A DNA stretch of 64,000 nucleotides, from positions 23,188,001 through 23,252,000 of the forward strand of contig OZ024744.1 in NCBI GenBank assembly GCA_964016885.1, read 5' to 3'. Each line of letters starts with the position of its first letter. Positions within the stretch are counted from its first letter, which is position 1. This stretch comes from Eledone cirrhosa (lineage: Eukaryota). The translations under genes and the position numbers were made by a program. Below the pieces are notes generated by a model that was given only the letters and a program-made list of their open reading frames with translations, ran no database searches and had not been told where the DNA came from. Shown one piece after another: positions 37,201-52,200 of this stretch.

Positions 37201-40200
37201 TGTTGTTAAAACGAGTCAGTTCTTAAGGTTGAACTGTTGATAAAACGAGTCAGTTCTTAAGATTCAACTGTTGTTAAAACGAGTTTTTTCTTAAGATTCA
37301 ACTGTTGTTAAAACGAGACAGTTCTTAAGATTCAACTGTTGTTAAAACGAGACAGTTCTCAAGATTCAACTGTTGTTAAAACGAGTTTTATCTTAAGATT
37401 CAACTGTTGTTAAAATGAGTTTTATCATAAGATTCAACTTTGTTAAAACGAGTCAGTTCTTAAGATTCAACTGTTGTTAAAACAAGTTTTATTTGAAGAT
37501 TCAACTGTTGTTAAAACGAGTCAGTTATTAAGTTTGCACTGTTGTTAAAACGAATCTGTTCTTAACATTCAACTATAGTTAAAACGAATTTTATCTTAAG
37601 ATTCAGCTGTTGTTAAAACGAGTCAGGTCTTAAGGTTGAACTGTTGATAAAACGAGTCAGTTCTTAAGATTCAACTGTTGTTAAAACGAGTTTTATCTTA
37701 AGATTCAGCTGTTGTTAAAACGAGTAAGTTCTTAAGATTCAACTGTTGTTAAAACGAGTTTTATCTTAAGATTCAACTGTTGTTAAAACGAGTTTATCTT
37801 AAGATTCAGCTGTTGTTAAAACGAATCAGTTCTTAAGATTCAACTGTTGTTAAAACGAGTTTTATATGAAGATTCAACTGTTGTTAAAACGAGTCAGTTC
37901 TTACGGTTGAACTGTTGATATAACGAGACAGTTCTTACGATTCAACTGTTGTTAAAACGAGTTTTATCTTAAGATTCAGCTGTTGTTAAAACGAGTAAGT
38001 TCTTAAGATTCAACTGTTGTTAAAACGAGTTTTATCTTAAGATTCAACTGTTGTTAAAACGAGTTTTATTTGAAGATTTAACTGTTGTTAAAATGAGTCA
38101 GTTCTTAAGGTTGAACTGTTGATAAAGCGAGTCAGTTGTTAAGATTCAACTGTTGTTAAAACGAGTTTTATCTTAAGATTCAGCTGTTGTTAAAACGAGT
38201 CAGTTCTTAAGATTCAAATGTTGTTAACACGAGTTTTATCTTAAGATTCAACTGATGTTAAAACGAGTTTATCTTAAGATTCAGCTGTCGTTAAAACGAA
38301 TCAGTTCTTAAGATTCAACTGTTGTTAAAACGAGTTTTATTTGAAGATTCAACTGTTGTTAAAATGAGTCAGTCCTTAAGGTTGAACTGTTGATAAAACG
38401 AGTCAGTTCTTAAGAGTCAACTGTTGTTAAAACGAGTTTTATCTTAAGATTCAGCTGTTGTTAAAACGAGTCAGCTCTTAAGATTCAACTGTTGTTAAAA
38501 CGAATTTTATCTTAAGATTCAACTGTTGTTAAAACGAGTTTATCTTAAGATTCAGTTGTTGTTAAAACGAATCAGTTCTTAAGATTCAACTGTTGTTAAA
38601 ACGAGTTTATTTGAAGATTCAACTGCTGTTAAAATGAGTCAGTTCTTAAGGTTGAACTGTTGATAAAACGAGTCAGTTCTTAAGAGTCAACTGTTGTTAA
38701 AACGAGTTTTATCTTAAGATTCAGCTGTTGTTAAAACGAGTCAGTTCTTAAGATTCAACTGTTGTTAAAACGAGTTTTATCTTAAGATTCAACTGTTGTT
38801 AAAACGAGTTTTATCTTAAGATTCAACTGTTGTTAAAACGATTTTTATCTTAGGATTCAACTGTTGTTAAAACAAATCAGTTTTTAAGATTCAACCGTTT
38901 TTAAAACGAATTTTATTTGAAGATTCAACTGTTGCTAAAACGAGTCAGTTCTTAAGGTTGAACGGTTGATAAAACGAGTCAGTTCTTAAGATTCAAGTGT
39001 TGTTAAAACTAGTTTTATCTTAAGATTCAGCTGCTGTTAACACGAGTCAGTTCTTAAGATTCAACTGTTGTTAAAACGAGTTTTATTTGAAGATTCAACT
39101 GTTGTTAAAATGAGTCAGTTCTTAAGGTTGAACTGTTGATAAAACGAGTCAGTTCTTAAGATTCAACTGTTGTTAAAACGAGTTTTATCTTAAGATTCAA
39201 CTGTTATTAAAACGAGTCAGTTCTTAAGATTCAACTGTTGTTAAAACGAGTTTTATCTTAAGATTCAATTGTTGTTAAAACGAGTCAGTTCTTAAGATTC
39301 AACTGTTGTTAAAACGAGTTATATCTTAAGATTCAACTGTTGTTAAAACGAGTCAGTTCTTAAGGTTCAACTGTTGTTAAAACGAGTATTATTTGAAGAT
39401 TCAACTGTTGTTAAAAGGAGTCAGTTCTTAAGGTTGAACTGTTGATAAAACGAGTCAGTTCTTAAGAGTCAACTGTTGTTAAAACGAGTTTTATCTTAAG
39501 ATTCAACTGTTGTTAAAACGAGACAGTTCTTAAGATTCAACGGTTGTTAAAACGAGAAATTTCTTAAGATTCAACTGTTGTTAAAATGAGTTTTATCTTA
39601 AGATTCAACTGTTGTTAAAATGAGTTTTATCATAAGATTCAACTGTTGTTAAAACGAGTCAGTTCTTAAGATTCAACTGTTGTTAAAACAAGTTTTATTT
39701 GAAGATTCAACTGTTGTTAAAACGAATCAGTTCTTAACATTCAACTATTGTTAAAACGAATTTTATCTTAAGATTCAACTGTTGTTAAAACGAGTTTTAT
39801 CTTAAGATTCAACTGTTGTTAAAATGAGTTTTATCTTAAGATTCAACTGTTGTTAAAACGAATCAGTTCTTAAGATTCAACTGTTGTTAAAACGGGTTTT
39901 ATTTGAAGATTCAACTGTTGCTAAAACGAGTCAGTTCTTAAGGTTGAACTGTTGATAAAACGAGTCAGTTCTTAAGAGTCAACTGTTGTTAAAACGAGTT
40001 TTATCTTAAGATTCAGCTGTTGTTAAAACGAGTCAGTTCTTAAGATTCAACTGTTGTTAAAACGAGTTTTATCTTAAGATTAAACTGTTATTAAAACGAG
40101 TCAGTTCTTAAGATTCAACTGTTGTTAAAACGAGTTTTATCTTAAGATTCAACTGTTGTTAAAACGAGTTTATTTGAAGATTCAACTGCTGTTAAAATGA

Positions 40201-43200
40201 GTCAGTTCTTATGGTTGAACTGTTGTTAAAACGAGTCAGTTCTTAAGATTCAACTGTTGTTAAAACGAGTTATATCTTAAGATTCAACTGTTGTTAAAAC
40301 GAGTTTTATCTTAAGATTCAACTGTTGTTAAAACGAGTCAGTTCTTAAGATTCAACTGTTGTTAAAACTAGTTTTATCTTAAGATTCAACTGTTGTTAAA
40401 ACGAGTCAGTTCTTAAGGTTGAACTGTTGATAAAACGAGTCAGTTCTTAAGATTCAACTGTTGTTAAAACGAGTTTTTTCTTAAGATTCAACTGTTGTTA
40501 AAACGAGACAGTTCTTAAGATTCAACTGTTGTTAAAACGAGACAGTTCTCAAGATTCAACTGTTGTTAAAACGAGTTTTATCTTAAGATTCAACTGTTGT
40601 TAAAATGAGTTTTATCATAAGATTCAACTTTGTTAAAACGAGTCAGTTCTTAAGATTCAACTGTTGTTAAAACAAGTTTTATTTGAAGATTCAACTGTTG
40701 TTAAAACGAGTCAGTTATTAAGTTTGCACTGTTGTTAAAACGAATCTGTTCTTAACATTCAACTATAGTTAAAACGAATTTTATCTTAAGATTCAGCTGT
40801 TGTTAAAACGAGTCAGGTCTTAAGGTTGAACTGTTGATAAAACGAGTCAGTTCTTAAGATTCAACTGTTGTTAAAACGAGTTTTATCTTAAGATTCAGCT
40901 GTTGTTAAAACGAGTAAGTTCTTAAGATTCAACTGTTGTTAAAACGAGTTTTATCTTAAGATTCAACTGTTGTTAAAACGAGTTTATCTTAAGATTCAGC
41001 TGTTGTTAAAACGAATCAGTTCTTAAGATTCAACTGTTGTTAAAACGAGTTTTATATGAAGATTCAACTGTTGTTAAAACGAGTCAGTTCTTACGGTTGA
41101 ACTGTTGATATAACGAGACAGTTCTTACGATTCAACTGTTGTTAAAACGAGTTTTATCTTAAGATTCAGCTGTTGTTAAAACGAGTAAGTTCTTAAGATT
41201 CAACTGTTGTTAAAACGAGTTTTATCTTAAGATTCAACTGTTGTTAAAACGAGTTTTATTTGAAGATTTAACTGTTGTTAAAATGAGTCAGTTCTTAAGG
41301 TTGAACTGTTGATAAAGCGAGTCAGTTGTTAAGATTCAACTGTTGTTAAAACGAGTTTTATCTTAAGATTCAGCTGTTGTTAAAACGAGTCAGTTCTTAA
41401 GATTCAAATGTTGTTAACACGAGTTTAATCTTAAGATTCAACTGATGTTAAAACGAGTTTATCTTAAGATTCAGCTGTCGTTAAAACGAATCAGTTCTTA
41501 AGATTCAACTGTTGTTAAAACGAGTTTTATTTGAAGATTCAACTGTTGTTAAAATGAGTCAGTCCTTAAGGTTGAACTGTTGATAAAACGAGTCAGTTCT
41601 TAAGAGTCAACTGTTGTTAAAACGAGTTTATCTTAAGATTCAGCTGTTGTTAAAACGAGTCAGTTCTTAAGATTCAACTGTTGTTAAAACGAGTTTTATC
41701 TTAAGATTCAACTGTTGTTAAAACGAGTTTATCTTAAGATTCAGTTGTTGTTAAAACGAATCAGTTCTTAAGATTCAACTGTTGTTAAAACGAGTTTATT
41801 TGAAGATTCAACTGCTGTTAAAATGAGTCAGTTCTTAAGGTTGAACTGTTGTTAAAACGAGTTTTATCTTAAGATTCAACTGTTGTTAAAACGAATCAGT
41901 TCTTAAGATTCAACTGTTGTTAAAACGGGTTTTATTTGAAGATTCAACTGTTGCTAAAACGAGTCAGTTCTTAAGGTTGAACTGTTGATAAAACGAGTCA
42001 GTTCTTAAGATTCAACTGTTGTTAAAACGAGTTTTATCTTAAGATTCAACTGTTATTAAAACGAGTCAGTTCTTAAGATTCAACTGTTGTTAAAACGAGT
42101 TTTATCTTAAGATTCAACTGTTGTTAAAACGAGTTTTATCTTAAGATTCAACTGTTGTTAAAACGAGTTTTATCTTAGGATTCAACTGTTGTTAAAACGA
42201 ATCAGTTTTTAAGATTCAACCGTTTTTAAAACGAATTTTATTTGAAGATTCAACTGTTGCTAAAACGAGTCAGTTCTTAAGGTTGAACGGTTGATAAAAC
42301 GAGTCAGTTCTTAAGATTCAAGTGTTGTTAAAACTAGTTTTATCTTAAGATTCAGCTGCTGTTAACACGAGTCAGTTCTTAAGATTCAACTGTTGTTAAA
42401 ACGAGTTTTATCTTAAGATTCAACTGTTGTTAAAACGAGACAGTTCTTAAGATTCAACGGTTGTTAAAACGAGACATTTCTTAAGATTCAACTGTTGTTA
42501 AAATGAGTTTTATCTTAAGATTCAACTGTTGTTAAAATGAGTTTTATCATAAGATTCAACTGTTGTTAAAACGAGTCAGTTCTTAAGATTCAACTGTTGT
42601 TAAAACAAGTTTTATTTGAAGATTCAACTGTTGTTAAAACGAATCAGTTCTTAACATTCAACTATTGTTAAAACGAATTTTATCTTAAGATTCAACTGTT
42701 GTTAAAACGAGTTTTATCTTAAGATTCAACTGTTGTTAAAATGAGTTTTATCTTAAGATTCAACTGTTGTTAAAACGAATCAGTTCTTAAGATTCAACTG
42801 TTGTTAAAACAGGTTTTATTTGAAGATTCAACTGTTGCTAAAACGAGTCAGTTCTTAAGGTTGAACTGTTGATAAAACGAGTCAGTTCTTAAGATTCAAC
42901 TGTTGTTAAAACTAGTTTTATCTTAAGATTCAGCTGTTGTTAACACGAGTCAGTTCTTAAGATTCAACTCTTGTTAAAACGAGTTATATCTTAAGATTCA
43001 ACTGTTGTTAAAACGAGTTTTATCTTAAGATTCAACTGTTGTTAAAACGAGTCAGTTCTTAAGATTCAACTGTTGTTAAAACGAGTTTTATTTGAAGATT
43101 CAACTGTTGTTAAAACGAGTCAGTTCTTAAGGTTGAACTGTTGATAAAACGAGTCAGTTCTTAAGATTCAACTGTTGTTAAAACGAGTTTTTTCTTAAGA

Positions 43201-46200
43201 TTCAACTGTTGTTAAAACGAGACAGTTCTTAAGATTCAACTGTTGTTAAAACGAGACAGTTCTCAAGATTCAACTGTTGTTAAAACAAGTTTTATTTGAA
43301 GATTCAACTGTTGTTAAAACGAGTCAGTTATTAAGTTTGCACTGTTGTTAAAACGAATCAGTTCTTAACATTCAACTATTGTTAAAACGAATTTTATCTT
43401 AAGATTCAGCTGTTGTTAAAACGCGTCAGTTCTTAAGGTTGAACTGTTGATAAAACGAGTCAGTTCTTAAGATTCAACTGTTGTTAAAACGAGTTTTATC
43501 TTAAGATTCAGCTGTTGTTAAAACGAGTAAGTTCTTAAGATTCAACTGTTGTTAAAACGAGTTTTATCTTAAGATTCAACTGTTGTTAAAACGAGTTTAT
43601 CTTAAGATTCAGCTGTTGTTAAAACGAATCAGTTCTTAAGATTCAACTGTTGTTAAAACGAGTTTATTTGAAGATTCAACTGTTGTTAAAACGAGTCAGT
43701 TCTTACGGTTGAACTGTTGTTAAAACGAGACAGTTCTTACGATTCAACTGTTGTTAAAACGAGTTATATCTTAAGATTCAGCTGTTGTTAAAACGAGTAA
43801 GTTCTTAAGATTCAACTGTTGTTAAAACGAGTTTTATCTTAAGATTCAACTGTTGTTAAAACGAGTTTTATTTGAAGATTTAACTGTTGTTAAAATGAGT
43901 CAGTTCTTAAGGTTGAACTGTTGATAAAGCGAGTCAGTTGTTAAGATTCAACTGTTGTTAAAACGAGTTTTATCTTAAGATTCAGCTGTTGTTAAAACGA
44001 GTCAGTTCTTAAGATTCAAATGTTGTTAACACGAGTTTTATCTTAAGATTCAACTGATGTTAAAACGAGTTTATCTTAAGATTCAGCTGTCGTTAAAACG
44101 AATCAGTTCTTAAGATTCAACTGTTGTTAAAACGAGTTTTATTTGAAGATTCAACTGTTGTTAAAATGAGTCAGTCCTTAAGGTTGAACTGTTGATAAAA
44201 CGAGTCAGTTCTTAAGAGTCAACTGTTGTTAAAACGAGTTTTATCTTAAGATTCAGCTGTTGTTAAAACGAGTCAGTTCTTAAGATTCAACTGTTGTTAA
44301 AACGAGTTTTATCTTAAGATTCAACTGTTATTAAAACGAGTCAGTTCTTAAGATTCAACTGTTGTTAAAACGAGTTTTATCTTAAGATTCAACTGTTGTT
44401 AAAACGAGTTTATCTTAAGATTCAGTTGTTGTTAAAACGAATCAGTTCTTAAGATTCAACTGTTGTTAAAACGAGTTTATTTGAAGATTCAACTGCTGTT
44501 AAAATGAGTCAGTTCTTAAGGTTGAACTGTTGTTAAAACGAGTTTTATCTTAAGATTCAGCTGTTGTTAAAACGAGTCAGTTCTTAAGATTCAACTGTTG
44601 TTAAAACGAGTTTTATCTTAAGATTCAACTGTTGTTAAAACGAGTTTTATCTTAAGATTCAACTGTTGTTAAAACGGGTTTTATCTTAGGATTCAACTGT
44701 TGTTAAAACGAATCAGTTTTTAAGATTCAACCGTTGTTAAAACGAGTTTTATTTGAAGATTCAACTGTTGCTAAAACGAGTCAGTTCTTAAGGTTGAACG
44801 GTTGATAAAACGAGTCAGTTCTTAAGATTTAAGTGTTGTTAAAACTAGTTATATCTTAAGATTCAGCTGCTGTTAACACGAGTCAGTTCTTAAGATTCAA
44901 CTGTTGTTAAAACGAGTTTTATCTTAAGATTCAGCTGTTGTTAAAACGAGTCAGTTCTTAAGATTCAACTGTTGTTAAAACGAGTTTTATCTTAAGATTC
45001 AACTGTTGTTAAAACGAGACAGTTCTTAAGATTCAACGGTTGTTAAAACGAGACATTTCTTAAGATTCAACTGTTGTTAAAACGAGTTTTATCTTAAGAT
45101 TCAACTGTTGTTAAAATGAGTTTTATCATAAGATTCAACTGTTGTTAAAACGAGTCAGTTCTTAAGATTCAACTGTTGTTAAAACAAGTTTTATTTGAAG
45201 ATTCAACTGTTGTTAAAATGAGTCAGTTCTTAAGGTTGAACTGTTGATAAAACGAGTCAGTTCTTAAGAGTCAATTGTTGTTAAAACGAGTTTTATCTTA
45301 AGATTCAACTGTTGTTGAAACGAGACAGTTCTTAAGATTCAACGGTTGTTAAAACGAGACATTTCTTAAGATTCAACTGTTGTTAAAACGAGTTTTATCT
45401 TAAGATTCAACTGTTGTTAAAATGAGTTTTATCATAAGATTCAACTGTTGTTAAAACGAGTCAGTTCTTAAGATTCAACTGTTGTTAAAACAAGTTTTAT
45501 TTGAAGATTCAACTGTTGTTAAAACGAATCAGTTCTTAACATTCAACTATTGTTAAAACTAATTTTATCTTAAGATTCAACTGTTGTTAAAACGAGTTTT
45601 ATCTTAAGATTCAACTGTTGTTAAAATGAGTTTTATCTTAAGATTCAACTGTTGTTAAAACGAATCAGTTCTTAAGATTCAACTGTTGTTAAAACGGGTT
45701 TTATTTGAAGATTCAACTGTTGCTAAAACGAGTCAGTTCTTAAGGTTGAACTGTTGATAAAACGAGTCAGTTCTTAAGATTCAACTGTTGTTAAAACTAG
45801 TTTTATCTTAAGATTCAGCTGGTGTTAACACGAGTCAGTTCTTAAGATTCAACTGTTGTTAATACGAGTTTTATCTTAAGATTCAATTGTTGTTAAAACG
45901 AGTCAGTTCTTAAGATTCAACTGTTGTTAAAACGAGTTATATCTTAAGATTCAACTGTTGTTAAAACGAGTTTTATCTTAAGATTCAACTGTTGTTAAAA
46001 CGAGTCAGTTCTTAAGATTCAACTGTTGTTAAAACTAGTTTTATCTTAAGATTCAACTGTTGTTAAAACGAGTCAGTTCTTAAGGTTGAACTGTTGATAA
46101 AACGAGTCAGTTCTTAAGATTCAACTGTTGTTAAAACGAGTTTTTTCTTAAGATTCAACTGTTGTTAAAACGAGACAGTTCTTAAGATTCAACTGTTGTT

Positions 46201-49200
46201 AAAACGAGACAGTTCTCAAGATTCAACTGTTGTTAAAACGAGTTTTATCTTAAGATTCAACTGTTGTTAAAATGAGTTTTATCATAAGATTCAACTTTGT
46301 TAAAACGAGTCAGTTCTTAAGATTCAACTATTGTTAAAACAAGTTTTATTTGAAGATTCAACTGTTGTTAAAACGAGTCAGTTATTAAGTTTGCACTGTT
46401 GTTAAAACGAATCTGTTCTTAACATTCAACTATAGTTAAAACGAATTTTATCTTAAGATTCAGCTGTTGTTAAAACGAGTCAGGTCTTAAGGTTGAACTG
46501 TTGATAAAACGAGTCAGTTCTTAAGATTCAACTGTTGTTAAAACGAGTTTTATCTTAAGATTCAACTGTTGTTAAAACGAGTAAGTTCTTAAGATTCAAC
46601 TGTTGTTAAAACGAGTTTTATCTTAAGATTCAACTGTTGTTAAAACGAGTTTATCTTAAGATTCAGCTGTTGTTAAAACGAATCAGTTCTTAAGATTCAA
46701 CTGTTGTTAAAACGAGTTTTATATGAAGATTCAACTGTTGTTAAAACGAGTCAGTTCTTACGGTTGAACTGTTGATATAACGAGACAGTTCTTACGATTC
46801 AACTGTTGTTAAAACGAGTTTTATCTTAAGATTCAGCTGTTGTTAAAACGAGTAAGTTCTTAAGATTCAACTGTTGTTAAAACGAGTTTTATCTTAAGAT
46901 TCAACTGTTGTTAAAACGAGTTTTATTTGAAGATTTAACTGTTGTTAAAATGAGTCAGTTCTTAAGGTTGAACTGTTGATAAAGCGAGTCAGTTGTTAAG
47001 ATTCAACTGTTGTTAAAACGAGTTTTATCTTAAGATTCAGCTGTTGTTAAAACGAGTCAGTTCTTAAGATTCAAATGTTGTTAACACGAGTTTTATCTTA
47101 AGATTCAACTGATGTTAAAACGAGTTTATCTTAAGATTCAGCTGTCGTTAAAACGAATCAGTTCTTAAGATTCAACTGTTGTTAAAACGAGTTTTATTTG
47201 AAGATTCAACTGTTGTTAAAATGAGTCAGTCCTTAAGGTTGAACTGTTGATAAAACGAGTCAGTTCTTAAGAGTCAACTGTTGTTAAAACGAGTTTTATC
47301 TTAAGATTCAGCTGTTGTTAAAACGAGTCAGTTCTTAAGATTCAACTGTTGTTAAAACGAGTTTTATCTTAAGATTCAACTGTTGTTAAAGCGAGTTTAT
47401 CTTAAGATACAGTTGTTGTTAAAACGAATCAGTTCTTAAGATTCAACTGTTGTTAAAACGAGTTTATTTGAAGATTCAACTGCTGTTAAAATGAGTCAGT
47501 TCTTAAGGTTGAACTGTTGTTAAAACGAGTTTTATCTTAAGATTCAACTGTTGTTAAAACGAATCAGTTCTTAAGATTCAACTGTTGTTAAAACGGGTTT
47601 TATTTGAAGATTCAACTGTTGCTAAAACGAGTCAGTTCTTAAGGTTGAACTGTTGATAAAACGAGTCAGTTCTTAAGAGTCAACTGTTGTTAAAACGAGT
47701 TTTATCTTAAGATTCAGCTGTTGTTAAAACGAGTCAGTTCTTAAGATTCAACTGTTGTTAAAACGAGTTTTATCTTAAGATTCAACTGTTATTAAAACGA
47801 GTCAGTTCTTAAGATTCAACTGTTGTTAAAACGAGTTTTATCTTAAGATTCAACTGTTGTTAAAACGAGTTTATTTGAAGATTCAACTGCTGTTAAAATG
47901 AGTCAGTTCTTATGGTTGAACTGTTGTTAAAACGAGTTTTATCTTAAAATTCAGCTGTTGTTAAAACGAGTCAGTTCTTAAGATTCAACTGTTGTTAAAA
48001 CGAGTTTTATCTTAAGATTCAACTGTTGTTAAAACGAGTTTTATCTTAAGATTCAACTGTTGTTAAAACGAGTTTTATCTTAGGATTCAACTGTTGTTAA
48101 AACGAATCAGTTTTTAAGATTCAACCGTTTTTAAAACAAATTTTATTTGAAGATTCAACTGTTGCTAAAACGAGTCAGTTCTTAAGGTTGAACGGTTGAT
48201 AAAACGAGTCAGTTCTTAAGATTCAAGTGTTGTTAAAACTAGTTTTTTCTTAAGATTCAGCTGCTGTTAACACGAGTCAGTTCTTAAGATTCAACTGTTG
48301 TTAAAACGAGTTTTATCTTAAGATTCAACTGTTATTAAAACGAGTCAGTTCTTAAGATTCAACTGTTGTTAAAACGAGTTTTATCTTAAGATTCAATTGT
48401 TGTTAAAACGAGTCAGTTCTTAAGATTCAACTGTTGTTAAAACGAGTTATATCTTAAGATTCAACTGTTGTTAAAACGAGTCAGTTCTTAAGGTTCAACT
48501 GTTGTTAAAACGAGTATTATTTGAAGATTCAACTGTTGTTAAAAGGAGTCAGTTCTTAAGGTTGAACTGTTGATAAAACGAGTCAGTTCTTAAGAGTCAA
48601 CTGTTGTTAAAACGAGTTTTATCTTAAGATTCAACTGTTGTTAAAACGAGACAGTTCTTAAGATTCAACGGTTGTTAAAACGAGACATTTCTTAAGATTC
48701 AACTGTTGTTAAAATGAGTTTTATCATAAGATTCAACTGTTGTTAAAACGAGTCAGTTCTTAAGATTCAACTGTTGTTAAAACAAGTTTTATTTGAAGAT
48801 TCAACTGTTGTTAAAACGAATCAGTTCTTAACATTCAACTATTGTTAAAACGAATTTTATCTTAAGATTCAACTGTTGTTAAAACGAGTTTTATCTTAAG
48901 ATTCAACTGTTGTTAAAATGAGTTTTATCTTAAGATTCAACTGTTGTTAAAACGAATCAGTTCTTAAGATTCAACTGTTGTTAAAACGGGTTTTATTTGA
49001 AGATTCAACTGTTGCTAAAACGAGTCAGTTCTTAAGGTTGAACTGTTGATAAAACGAGTCAGGTCTTAAGATTCAACTGTTGTTAAAACTAGTTTTATCT
49101 TAAGATTCAGCTGTTGTTAACACGAGTCAGTTCTTAAGATTCAACTCTTGTTAAAACGAGTTATATCTTAAGATTCAACTGTTGTTAAAACGAGTTTTAT

Positions 49201-52200
49201 CTTAAGATTCAACTGTTGTTAAAACGAGTCAGTTCTTAAGATTCAACTGTTGTTAAAACGAGTTTTATTTTAAGATTCAACTGTTGTTAAAACGAGTCAG
49301 TTCTTAAGGTTGAACTGTTGATAAAACGAGTCAGTTCTTAAGATTCAACTGTTGTTAAAACGAGTTTTATTTGAAGATTCAACTGTTGTTAAAACGAGTC
49401 AGTTCTTAAGGTTGAACTGTTGATAAAACGAGTCAGTTCTTAAGATTCAACTGTTGTTAAAACGAGTTTTTTCTTAAGATTCAACTGTTGTTAAAACGAG
49501 ACAGTTCTTAAGATTCAACTGTTGTTAAAACGAGACAGTTCTCAAGATTCAACTGTTGTTAAAACAAGTTTTATTTGAAGATTCAACTGTTGTTAAAACG
49601 AGTCAGTTATTAAGTTTGCACTGTTGTTAAAACGAATCAGTTCTTAACATTCAACTATTGTTAAAACGAATTTTATCTTAAGATTCAGCTGTTGTTAAAA
49701 CGAGTCAGTTCTTAAGGTTGAACTGTTGATAAAACGAGTCAGTTCTTAAGATTCAACTGTTGTTAAAACGAGTTTTATCTTAAGATTCAGCTGTTGTTAA
49801 AACGAGTAAGTTCTTAAGATTCAACTGTTGTTAAAACGAGTTTTATCTTAAGATTCAACTGTTGTTAAAACGAGTTTATCTTAAGATTCAGCTGTTGTTA
49901 AAACGAATCAGTTCTTAAGATTCAACTGTTGTTAAAACGAGTTTTATTTGAAGATTCAACTGTTGTTAAAACGAGTCAGTTCTTACGGTTGAACTGTTGT
50001 TAAAACGAGACAGTTCTTACGATTCAACTGTTGTTAAAACGAGTTATATCTTAAGATTCAGCTGTTGTTAAAACGAGTAAGTTCTTAAGATTCAACTGTT
50101 GTTAAAACGAGTTTTATCTTAAGATTCAACTGTTGTTAAAACGAGTTTTATTTGAAGATTTAACTGTTGTTAAAATGAGTCAGTTCTTAAGGTTGAACAG
50201 TTGATAAAGCGAGTCAGTTGCTAAGATTCAACTGTTGTTAAAACGAGTTTTATCTTAAGATTCAGCTGTTGTTAAAACGAGTCAGTTCTTAAGATTCAAA
50301 TGTTGTTAACACGAGTTTTATCTTAAGATTCAACTGATGTTAAAACGAGTTTATCTTAAGATTCAGCTGTCGTTAAAACGAATCAGTTCTTAAGATTCAA
50401 CTGTTGTTAAAACGAGTTTTATTTGAAGATTCAACTGTTGTTAAAATGAGTCAGTCCTTAAGGTTGAACTGTTGATAAAACGAGTCAGTTCTTAAGAGTC
50501 AACTGTTGTTAAAACGAGTTTTATCTTAAGATTCAGCTGTTGTTAGAACGAGTCAGTTCTTAAGATTCAACTGTTGTTAAAACGAGTTTTATCTTAAGAT
50601 TCAACTGTTATTAAAACGAGTCAGTTCTTAAGATTCAACTGTTGTTAAAACGAGTTTTATCTTAAGATTCAACTGTTGTTAAAACGAGTTTATCTTAAGA
50701 TTCAGTTGTTGTTAAAACGAATCAGTTCTTAAGATTCAACTGTTGTTAAAACGAGTTTATTTGAAGATTCAACTGCTGTTAAAATGAGTCAGTTCTTAAG
50801 GTTGAACTGTTGTTAAAACGAGTTTTATCTTAAGATTCAGCTGTTGTTAAAACGAGTCAGTTCTTAAGATTCAACTGTTGTTAAAACGAGTTTTATCTTA
50901 AGATTCAACTGTTGTTAAAACGAGTTTTATCTTAAGATTCAACTGTTGTTAAAACGAGTTTTATCTTAGGATTCAACTGTTGTTAAAACGAATCAGTTTT
51001 TAAGATTCAACCGTTGTTAAAATGAGTTTTATTTGAAGATTCAACTGTTGCTAAAACGAGTCAGTTCTTAAGGTTGAACGGTTGATAAAACGAGTCAGTT
51101 CTTAAGATTTAAGTGTTGTTAAAACTAGTTATATCTTAAGATTCAGCTGCTGCTAACACGAGTCAGTTCTTAAGATTCAACTGTTGTTAAAACGAGTTTT
51201 ATCTTAAGATTCAGCTGTTGTTAAAACGAGTCAGTTCTTAAGATTCAACTGTTGTTAAAACGAGTTTTATCTTAAGATTCAACTGTTGTTAAAACGAGAC
51301 AGTTCTTAAGATTCAACGGTTGTTAAAACGAGACATTTCTTAAGATTCAACTGTTGTTAAAACGAGTTTTATCTTAAGATTCAACTGTTGTTAAAATGAG
51401 TTTTATCATAAGATTCAACTGTTGTTAAAACGAGTCAGTTCTTAAGATTCAACTGTTGTTAAAACAAGTTTTATTTGAAGATTCAACTGTTGTTAAAATG
51501 AGTCAGTTCTTAAGGTTGAACTGTTGATAAAACGAGTCAGTTCTTAAGAGTCAACTGTTGTTAAAACGAGTTTTATCTTAAGATTCAACTGTTGTTGAAA
51601 CGAGACAGTTCTTAAGATTCAACGGTTGTTAAAACGAGACATTTCTTAAGATTCAACTGTTGTTAAAACGAGTTTTATCTTAAGATTCAACTGTTGTTAA
51701 AATGAGTTTTATCATAAGATTCAACTGTTGTTAAAACGAGTCAGTTCTTAAGATTCAACTGTTGTTAAAACGAGTTTATTTGAAGATTCAACTGTTGTTA
51801 AAACGAGTCAGTTCTTACGGTTGAACTGTTGTTAAAACGAGACAGTTCTTACGATTCAACTGTTGTTAAAACGAGTTATATCTTAAGATTCAGCTGTTGT
51901 TAAAACGAGTAAGTTCTTAAGATTCAACTGTTGTTAAAACGAGTTTTATCTTAAGATTCAACTGTTGTTAAAACGAGTTTTATTTGAAGATTTAACTGTT
52001 GTTAAAATGAGTCAGTTCTTAAGGTTGAACTGTTGATAAAGCGAGTCAGTTGTTAAGATTCAACTGTTGTTAAAACGAGTTTTATCTTAAGATTCAGCTG
52101 TTGTTAAAACGAGTCAGTTCTTAAGATTCAAATGTTGTTAACACGAGTTTTATCTTAAGATTCAACTGATGTTAAAACGAGTTTATCTTAAGATTCAGCT

